NCBI GenBank assembly: GCA_001784435.1
Contig: MFQZ01000002.1
Location: forward strand, 12,502-76,501
Reading direction: 5' to 3'
Origin: Candidatus Magasanikbacteria bacterium RIFOXYC2_FULL_42_28
Lineage (GTDB): Bacteria; Patescibacteriota; Patescibacteriia; Magasanikbacterales; GWA2-37-8
Length of the DNA: 64,000 bases
Shown: positions 29,386 through 36,828 of the stretch, piece after piece
Numbering within the stretch: position 1 is the first letter of the stretch
Layout of the letters: each line of letters begins with the position of its first letter
Notes under the pieces: model-generated
What the model was told of the DNA's origin: nothing
Seen by the model: the letters and a program-made list of their open reading frames with translations, nothing else
Database searches by the model: none
Made by a program: the position numbers and the translations under genes

Positions 29386-30837
29386 TTAAACCTTTTTAAT
29401 TACTTTTATTATACCACTATTAGCATCAACTTCAACCATGTCACCATCTTTCAAAATTGAAGTTGCGACTTGAGTGCCAATTACGCATGGAATACCAAGT
29501 TCTCGCGCTACTATCGCGGCGTGGCATGTTATACCACCCTCATCAGTTATAATAGCGACCGCCTTCTTCATAAGCGGTAAATACTCCGGTCTGGTCATTG
29601 GCGCCACTAAAATATCACCTGATTTCATTTTATTAAAATCTGCAGGAATTTTAATAACTTTAACAGTGCCAACGATAATACCCCGACTGGCCGATTGACC
29701 CTTTAATTCCTTAAATTGATTGTTAAATTGTTGTTCAAGTATTTTTAAAAACTCAACACATTCCCTACCGGTTAATACCACAGTTTTGTTATTGCGATCA
29801 CAATAATATATACTTTTTTTCGCGCGATTGGCTAATTCTTTTTTATAAGATTGGCCAAAATTCAAACGAGTAGAAAATATTTCTTCCGGCACAGCAAACA
29901 AAACATGTTTGTAAGGCGTACCGGCACGACGAGCAAATTCCTGCGCAAATAAATAATAATAACCAACCCCAATCATCGCTTCCCTTTTTCGTTCATCACG
30001 CCAATAACCCATACGGCGAAAAAAATAAAAAATATTATCCACCTCTTTGGGTAAACGCAATTCTTTCAACAAATTTCGACGATTCTCATTTTTATTTGAA
30101 TGTTCTAATTTAATCTTTTTAATTTTTCGTGTAATTTCTGACAGATGAATTTTTAACAATTTTTCAAAATTTTTAGTAAAATAATCTAATTTCAAAGTAG
30201 TCGCATGCGCCCAATCACGTTGAAGCCAAAAATATTTCTGTTGATGAAATTGTAGTAATGTGCCTCGCTTATTTACTGGAGACATCCTAACGTTTAACAA
30301 ACCTAATTCTTCTTGCTGTGTTAACGTCATCTCCTTCGGGGTCGTAATTAAAACCAGATCATCTGGTTTAATAGTTAAATTATATTTATTTATAACATCA
30401 TTAATTATTTTATCCCCCCATGGGTCAAACGCTTCAATATGAACACTAATAACCCACGACTGGTAATCAGCATTAACAAATTTCTTATACAAATTCAATA
30501 AATGCGACAAACTAAGTTTTGATAAATCTCTCAATTCTATATACTTAACAAGTGAATTTCTTTCATTTATGCAATTTTCCCAAGTAGTTATTTTAGAATC
30601 TATATAACGGCGATCGCGACTTTGTTTGACGATATCCGCATTTCCAGCTTTCAGCTCAGCTAAACTGTTAAAATACCCACGATGCATAACCCCATCTTGA
30701 TGGACTATAAGGTTTTTTTTGCCCCACAATTTCATACCAGAATAAAATGGAACAATAAAATAAAATGGCACGCCTGCTCCACCTTGCCGATACCAATTCA
30801 CTGTTTTAATATAATTTAAATCAATACCCGAAAGCAT
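29386..30837 (-). CDS. swivel-domain paralog 10
   Basis: C-terminus DEGGITCHAAIVARELGIPCVIGT...GDMVEVDA. The N-domain carries QQKYFWLQRDW. Confidence 0.7.
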   Translation of the reverse strand: MLSGIDLNYIKTVNWYRQGGAGVPFYFIVPFYSGMKLWGKKNLIVHQDGVMHRGYFNSLAELKAGNADIVKQSRDRRYIDSKITTWENCINERNSLVKYIELRDLSKLSLSHLLNLYKKFVNADYQSWVISVHIEAFDPWGDKIINDVINKYNLTIKPDDLVLITTPKEMTLTQQEELGLLNVRMSPVNKRGTLLQFHQQKYFWLQRDWAHATTLKLDYFTKNFEKLLKIHLSEITRKIKKIKLEHSNKNENRRNLLKELRLPKEVDNIFYFFRRMGYWRDERKREAMIGVGYYYLFAQEFARRAGTPYKHVLFAVPEEIFSTRLNFGQSYKKELANRAKKSIYYCDRNNKTVVLTGRECVEFLKILEQQFNNQFKELKGQSASRGIIVGTVKVIKIPADFNKMKSGDILVAPMTRPEYLPLMKKAVAIITDEGGITCHAAIVARELGIPCVIGTQVATSILKDGDMVEVDANSGIIKVIKKV

Positions 30838-30838
30838 A

Positions 30839-32314
30839 CTATTTCCTTATAATTCGAACTGAATTATGGTTGGCGTTAACTTCTACCAAATCACCATCTT
30901 TTAATAATTTAGTGGCAAATTTTGTGCCCACCACACAGGGAATTCCGAGCTCGCGCGAAACAATCGCGGCGTGACACATTACCCCGCCTTCGTCTGTTAT
31001 AATCGCACCGGCACGACGCATTGCCGGCACATAATCAGGACTCGTCATCGAGGCTACTAAAATATCACCCTGTTCAACTTTATTTACTTCATTAGCGCTA
31101 TGAAGCACTTTCACTTTACCACTGCAAAATCCCGCCGAGGCAATTATCCCATCGAGTTTGCCGGTACTAACTTCTTCCGGCAATAAATATTCTGCCATGC
31201 GAGCATCAGGATCGTTTAATTTAACATCGATATTCTTGCCTTGCCACCAAACATAACAATGCTTTTGGCGCTGTTCTAAAATTTCTTTTAAAATAATTTT
31301 GCCTGTTTTCAAAGCTAAAAATACTTCTTGCGGTAAATAATACTGCACTAACTCCCTTTTTATTCCTAAACGTCGACCAGTTTCAGCTAATATCCTCTCC
31401 GCCCAAAAATGTACTTGGGTAAATATTTCTTTTTTATAATCCATCAAATATCCACCTTGGCGCATAATTTTAAAATATGCGCGATACTCTGGTGAAATTT
31501 TTAATTCTTTTTCTAAACCCCGCTGGCGGATTGATAAATTTTTAAAATATTTTTCGCTCGATTTTATTTTTTCTGCCAATTTAGGATTTTTTATCATTAA
31601 ACGTAAAACTTCGGTAAAATATTTTTCATTCCAGATATACATTCCATAATCAAATGGTACCCAAAAATATTGACGGGTGTGATTTTTTATTACTAATTTT
31701 TTATTTTTTATTTTGTTATTACGAATTTTTAATGCCAACTTCGTCAAATCATCTTCTTCGCGTTTTACAAATGATTTTTCTGCTGGCGATACTAATATGT
31801 TATACATCGCCGAGTAATCTTGTCGATCGCCGTTTATCAATTTTTTCAGATAGTCAAATAATAACGGAGAAAGTTTTTCTTCTAATAATATTACTAACGG
31901 TTCGCTACAGATATAAGCGGCTTCATACATCTGTAAATATTGTTTCCAAAATTGAGATAATTCTGCATTAGAAAATTTTGACAAATCTTTCGTACTGACA
32001 TTTTTAACAAAAGTTAATAAACTATTAGACAACTTTGTGAATAATTTACTATTTTTTTTAATTAAATTTGGATCACTTTTTAGCTGATAAATTAATTCTT
32101 CAGCTGAACTTTTAATTTGACTACTTGAGGCGTACCAATACATAACATTATCCCGGTACACACATCTCGTCTCGCCAAAACTTTTCCCGCGCAATACGTT
32201 TTTCAAACCATAAGTAAAAACATGCCCGATGACATAAACATTGGGAAATATAAATACATTTTCTTTTCTTTGTTTAAAGATATAATCTCTTAACATACTT
32301 AAATATAATATCAA
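30839..32314 (-). CDS. swivel-domain paralog 11
   Basis: C-terminus DEGGVMCHAAIVSRELGIPCVVGT...GDLVEVNA. The N-domain carries TRQYFWVPFDY. Confidence 0.7.
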   Translation of the reverse strand: MILYLSMLRDYIFKQRKENVFIFPNVYVIGHVFTYGLKNVLRGKSFGETRCVYRDNVMYWYASSSQIKSSAEELIYQLKSDPNLIKKNSKLFTKLSNSLLTFVKNVSTKDLSKFSNAELSQFWKQYLQMYEAAYICSEPLVILLEEKLSPLLFDYLKKLINGDRQDYSAMYNILVSPAEKSFVKREEDDLTKLALKIRNNKIKNKKLVIKNHTRQYFWVPFDYGMYIWNEKYFTEVLRLMIKNPKLAEKIKSSEKYFKNLSIRQRGLEKELKISPEYRAYFKIMRQGGYLMDYKKEIFTQVHFWAERILAETGRRLGIKRELVQYYLPQEVFLALKTGKIILKEILEQRQKHCYVWWQGKNIDVKLNDPDARMAEYLLPEEVSTGKLDGIIASAGFCSGKVKVLHSANEVNKVEQGDILVASMTSPDYVPAMRRAGAIITDEGGVMCHAAIVSRELGIPCVVGTKFATKLLKDGDLVEVNANHNSVRIIRK

Positions 32315-32362
32315 ATAAACTCAAAAAAAACAACCTTGCTATTCGCGAGGTTGTCTATATAA

Positions 32363-34288
32363 CTATTCATCTATATTCTCCACTCGATTTGGCAAAATTG
32401 TTCTTGGCTGGGTTGGACGAGTGATTGACATGTTTCTAGGCTCGCTTTGCTCGCTCGGAACACCAAGGCTTCGCCGTGCTACGCCCCGCGAACCAGGACC
32501 AACAGAGTTTGATTTTGGTTGAAGTGATGACAGTGACATCCCCTTTTCGTTTGGATCTGTTAAAATTATTGGAGTGGGGCTACCAAAAGAATTACTGGCT
32601 TGATCATTTTTATGGCGATTGCGGTGGCGTTTTTTTTTAGGTGGTTGCGTGCCGAATTGAGGTTGTGCAATAGGTCGCGGTAAGGAATTGCTTACCGACT
32701 TAGTTGGGATCGGAATGATAGTTGAGCCAGAGATCCCGACTTTCGTCGGGATGACAGGCGAAGTTGGTGCACGGGATAGAGATTCCTCCTTCGGCGTCGG
32801 AATGACAAACGCATGCTTAACCGAAACCACCCCCTCGCCCCCTCCTTGAAAAGGAGGGGAAATTGACGGCGATTTAATTGGTACCGGTGCTTTTTCAAAC
32901 ATCGCCTCGTCATCATCTACTTCCAATTCCGATGCATCGTCATCGTTCATAATCACCATCCCACTCCAGCGCGCAATTTTATCTTCAATCTTATCTTTCG
33001 GCACGGCATAGCGTTCACGCGACACGCGCACTACTTTTTCTTGGCTATGCGTGGTTTGAGCAATGGGTGGCAAAGTTAAGGCGGAAAAGGGTTTACTCGC
33101 AATCCCATCAATCATTAATTTTAAATAAATATGATACTTGGGCAAATTCACCAGGTCCTCTTCAATAAAAGTTGGAATAAATTCTTTGGCCAAAATTTCC
33201 GCGTCCGTGGATCCAACCCGAAATGTTACCATCGTGCCCACGTTGCCGATGACCGCGGCCAACACTTCTTCTTCTAACTGTTCCATATACTGATGCGCCA
33301 TAATCAAATCCAAACGATATTTACGCGCTTCGGATAAAATATTAGCAAAACTTTCCGTGGCAAAATTTTGAAATTCATCAACATACAAAAAGAAATCTTT
33401 GCGATCTTTTTCCGGCGTGTCTACCCGCTCCATCGCGGCCAACTGTAATTTAGTGATAAGCATGCCACCCAAAAGCCGTGAATTATCTTCACCAATTCGG
33501 CCTTTAGCCAAATTCATGATTAAAATCTTTTTGTTATCCATTATTTCGCGAATATCAATGCGCGATTTAACCTGCGCCACAATATTGCGAATAACCGAGG
33601 CGGATAAAAATTGACCGATTTTATTTTGAATAGGGGCAACAGCTTCCTGGCGATATTTATCATTGTAAGCGGCGAATTCTGTCTGCCAAAACGCTTTCAC
33701 CACCGGATCTTTTAAATTGGCCACGACGCGTTTACGATAATCCGCGTCCGCGAGCAAGCGGTTGATACCAAGTAAAGTCGTACCGGGAAAATCCAATAAC
33801 GCCAAAATAGTATTGTTCAAAATATATTCCATACGCGAACTCCAAACATCCGGCCAGATTTTTTTAAACACACCCATTAGCCCCGACGCGACCAAATGTT
33901 TGTATTCCGGGCGCACGGTTTCTAAAATATTAAAACCGATTGGAAAATCAATGTCCGAGGGATTAAAATATATCACATCGTTGATGCGATGAGGCGGAAT
34001 GAAATCAATAATTTTTTCCGCGAAATCGCCGTGCGGATCAACTAACCCCACACCATGCCCGGCATAAATATCGTTCAAAACCATGTTTTCCAAAATCGTC
34101 GTCTTACCCATGCCAGTTTTGCCCACCACATACATATGGCGACGACGGTCATCAACTTTAATGCCAAATTTACGATTTTGATTACGATAATTTACCAAAC
34201 CAAAAAAATTGATCTCGGGGTTAATCGCGACCAAGGATTTTGGTTCTGCCGGAGCTGGTGTTATCGGTTGATCAAATTCGTCGGACAT
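32363..34288 (-). CDS. soluble VirD4/TrwB-like (type IV coupling protein family) P-loop ATPase with low-complexity C-terminal tail
   Basis: Walker A YVVGKTGMGKTT followed by GLVDPHGDF, compared with TrwB GxTGxGKS...VDPNGD. No N-terminal TM. The C-terminal ~200 aa is Pro/Ser-rich and hosts in-frame GPE copies. Confidence 0.5.
   Translation of the reverse strand: MSDEFDQPITPAPAEPKSLVAINPEINFFGLVNYRNQNRKFGIKVDDRRRHMYVVGKTGMGKTTILENMVLNDIYAGHGVGLVDPHGDFAEKIIDFIPPHRINDVIYFNPSDIDFPIGFNILETVRPEYKHLVASGLMGVFKKIWPDVWSSRMEYILNNTILALLDFPGTTLLGINRLLADADYRKRVVANLKDPVVKAFWQTEFAAYNDKYRQEAVAPIQNKIGQFLSASVIRNIVAQVKSRIDIREIMDNKKILIMNLAKGRIGEDNSRLLGGMLITKLQLAAMERVDTPEKDRKDFFLYVDEFQNFATESFANILSEARKYRLDLIMAHQYMEQLEEEVLAAVIGNVGTMVTFRVGSTDAEILAKEFIPTFIEEDLVNLPKYHIYLKLMIDGIASKPFSALTLPPIAQTTHSQEKVVRVSRERYAVPKDKIEDKIARWSGMVIMNDDDASELEVDDDEAMFEKAPVPIKSPSISPPFQGGGEGVVSVKHAFVIPTPKEESLSRAPTSPVIPTKVGISGSTIIPIPTKSVSNSLPRPIAQPQFGTQPPKKKRHRNRHKNDQASNSFGSPTPIILTDPNEKGMSLSSLQPKSNSVGPGSRGVARRSLGVPSEQSEPRNMSITRPTQPRTILPNRVENIDE
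32706..32807. repeat. GC-rich palindromic elements inserted in-frame in a CDS (two or three units)
   Basis: cagAGATCCCGActttcgTCGGGATGACAgg and GGATAGAGATTCCtccttcggcgtcGGAATGACAaa, translated on the minus strand as ...FVIPTPKEESLSRAPTSPVIPTKVGISGS... Confidence 0.75.
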
Positions 34289-34297
34289 AGTTGCTAT

Positions 34298-34392
34298 AAA
34301 ATTTCAAAATCCAAATTTCCAATTTCCAATCAAATCAAAATGTCAAATATCAAATTTTGACATTGGAAATTGGAAATTTGACATTATCGTAT
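34298..34392. repeat. AT-rich palindromic element, TTTCCAATTTCC family, copy 2
   Basis: aaatttcaaaatccaaatttccaatttccaat...cattggaaattggaaatttgacatt. Confidence 0.7.
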
Positions 34393-34417
34393 ATTATACC
34401 ACACTTCCCCTATTTTA

Positions 34418-34990
34418 TCACCTCCATCTATCCTTTTTTCTACTTTCGCAAATTTTTAAAACCATACCACGCGCCAGCGCCCAGGCCGACAAGGTGGAGC
34501 CGTCCATAATTTCGCCCCGTTTAATCATTTCTTCAAATTCATCAACGCGTCGAATGATAACTTCCGTAGTTTCGCGCGCCGACTGTTCCGGCGCGCCCGC
34601 CTGTGTTAATTCATCGGCCACAAAAACATGCAGTGGACTTTTGACATAACTAATACTACCGTGGAATGATCCTACCTTTAAAAAATTACTGGATTGGTAT
34701 CCGCTTTCTTCCAATAATTCTCGCTGTGCGCCTGCTTGCGGGGCTTCACCATCGTCAATTCGTCCGCACGGAAATTCGACGCTAATTTGATCACACAAAT
34801 ATCGATATTGCGCCACGAGCACCAGCCGACCATCATCTAAAATTGGCACGGTTAAAGCGCCGCCATTGGACTCGCCGTAATAATATTCGCTTTTCGTGCC
34901 GTCTGGCAATTCAATTAAATCACGCTTGTATTCCCACCAAGCGTTTTTGTTTATGATTTCTTCGGAAATTTTTTTATAGCGACCATTCAT
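34418..34990 (-). CDS. NUDIX hydrolase (ADP-ribose pyrophosphatase-like)
   Basis: Nudix box GRIDDGEAPQAGAQRELLEESGY. Confidence 0.8.
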   Translation of the reverse strand: MNGRYKKISEEIINKNAWWEYKRDLIELPDGTKSEYYYGESNGGALTVPILDDGRLVLVAQYRYLCDQISVEFPCGRIDDGEAPQAGAQRELLEESGYQSSNFLKVGSFHGSISYVKSPLHVFVADELTQAGAPEQSARETTEVIIRRVDEFEEMIKRGEIMDGSTLSAWALARGMVLKICESRKKDRWR

Positions 34991-34994
34991 ATTT

Positions 34995-35105
34995 TTAGTT
35001 CATAGTTCAAAGTTCACAGCCAATAGTCATAAATAATTCTACCAATAGTGTGTCACTCGCTTCATCACTCTATTGGCTCAGAACTATTGGCTATGAACTA
35101 CGAAA
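34995..35105. repeat. AT-rich palindromic element, CCAATAG/CTATTGG word family, full copy
   Basis: tagttcatagttcaaagttcacagccaatagtcat...ctattggctcagaactattggctatgaactacg. Confidence 0.65.
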
Positions 35106-36279
35106 ACATCACCCACTCGGGTTTAAAAATTAACAGCACGCCTAAAATTAAAATTAGCGCGCCGGCGACCAAATTAGTATATTTCGCGTATTTCGTGCCA
35201 AACACTTTTTGTTTCAATGTGACCATAGCGACCGCAAACACAATCATGTCATCTAACATGTAAAAAATTATATAACCAACCATGTATAGATATTTTTGCC
35301 AAGTTGGAATACCGGACATTGCCAAAACTTGTGTGTAAATCGCGGGAAATCCGGCCGAGCAGGCCATTTCTACTAAATTTACGGAAAAGCCAAGCAAAAT
35401 TATCCCTAAAACCGACCACCACAAACTTTGGCGATGGACAATATCTTTTATTTTGGCAAAAATTTTCTGATTCCACGATTGATTGCTTACTTCGCAAACA
35501 ACACCATCGGCTTTACGATTTTTCCAAAAATCATATAAATTTTTTCCACCGATGCCAACCGCCACCGCACCAATTAATGCTCTGATGGCAAAAACCGAAC
35601 CAATGAAAGTGATAAAATTAAACCACGCGGCCATGAACGCGAAATACACAACGCCGGAGGTGATAATAAATATTCCGCCCAAGAGTAACATCCGTTTGCG
35701 ACTTTCCATGCCGAGTAAAAGCGTGATTAAAAATAACAGCACCCACATCGCACAGGGATTAAAACCATCCAACAGCCCCACCACTACTGTTAAAAGTGGT
35801 AAAGAAAATTTCTGGGGATTAATTTCACCCAAAATTGGCACATTTACTTTTGGCCCACTGTCAGTAACCACGTTGTCTTGAGTTTTCTCGTGCGTTTTAA
35901 TCGCTTTTTCAATGGCACCAATTAAATCATCGCCGGTACTCACATCACTACTGTATCCGTAAAAAACTTTATCATCAATAAAAGTAATCGGCACACTCGT
36001 CGTCTTGGCACCGATGCGCGCGACAAATTCTTTTAATTTTTCTAGCGAAGCGGGTTCGGTCAATTCGTATAAACTAAAATTAACTTGCTCGCTATATTTT
36101 GGTTTTAAAGTGGAATTAATAAAAGCGATTTCCGCGCGACAATGCGGGCAGGTTTCCAAATGAAATAAAGTAAAATCAACTTTGTCGGCGCGCGGACCGG
36201 ACGAAATTGGTTGTGTCCAAACTACGGTCGGCGCAAGCGCTATCACTGTTAAAAAAATAATTACTAAACGTTTGAACAT
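35098..36279 (-). CDS. thioredoxin-fold (CPHC) domain fused to CcdA/DsbD-type transmembrane disulfide transporter
   Basis: N-terminal HLETCPHCRAE in a thioredoxin-like fold, then multiple TM segments with GFNPCAMW, a CcdA-type Cys motif. Confidence 0.65.
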   Translation of the reverse strand: MFKRLVIIFLTVIALAPTVVWTQPISSGPRADKVDFTLFHLETCPHCRAEIAFINSTLKPKYSEQVNFSLYELTEPASLEKLKEFVARIGAKTTSVPITFIDDKVFYGYSSDVSTGDDLIGAIEKAIKTHEKTQDNVVTDSGPKVNVPILGEINPQKFSLPLLTVVVGLLDGFNPCAMWVLLFLITLLLGMESRKRMLLLGGIFIITSGVVYFAFMAAWFNFITFIGSVFAIRALIGAVAVGIGGKNLYDFWKNRKADGVVCEVSNQSWNQKIFAKIKDIVHRQSLWWSVLGIILLGFSVNLVEMACSAGFPAIYTQVLAMSGIPTWQKYLYMVGYIIFYMLDDMIVFAVAMVTLKQKVFGTKYAKYTNLVAGALILILGVLLIFKPEWVMFS

Positions 36280-36289
36280 AAATATATAA

Positions 36290-36425
36290 AAATTCTAATT
36301 TCTAAATACTAAATCCTAAACAAGTTTAAAACCCAAAACTCAAATAAACAATCGATTTGAAACTTGAATTTTATTATTTGGATTTGTTTAGAATTTAGAG
36401 TTTGGGGTTTAGGATTTAAACTTAC
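36290..36425. repeat. AT-rich palindromic element, CTAAAT/ATTTAG word family, copy 1
   Basis: ctaatttctaaatactaaatcctaaac...gtttagaatttagagtttggggtttaggattt. Confidence 0.65.
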
Positions 36426-36828
36426 TTGCTAAATCCTTAACACTAATCTCACCTGGATTTTTAATTATAGAATGGACACTGCCACCACCATCACCGGTAT
36501 AGCGTGGCAAAATGTGCCAGTGCACATGCGGCACAGCTTGACCAGCAACTGGCGCATTATTAATGCCGATATTCATACCATCCGGATTTAAGCGCGCTTG
36601 CACTCGCCCGGCGGCAGCGCGCAACCCAACTGATAAAAGTTGAAAATCCTCTACGCTCATACTCCAAATATTTTCAAAATGTTTTTTGGGGACTACCACG
36701 GTATGGCCTTGGGCGTGCGGAAATACGTCTAAAAATGCTAAACAATTTTCATCTTCATAAACGGTGTAATTGGGAATTTGACCAGCGATGATTTTGCAAA
36801 ATATACAATCCATACAATTAATTTTCAA
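36409..36828 (-). CDS. HIT family protein (histidine triad nucleotide-binding)
   Basis: HIT motif HVHWHILPR. Confidence 0.85.
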   Translation of the reverse strand: MKINCMDCIFCKIIAGQIPNYTVYEDENCLAFLDVFPHAQGHTVVVPKKHFENIWSMSVEDFQLLSVGLRAAAGRVQARLNPDGMNIGINNAPVAGQAVPHVHWHILPRYTGDGGGSVHSIIKNPGEISVKDLASKFKS

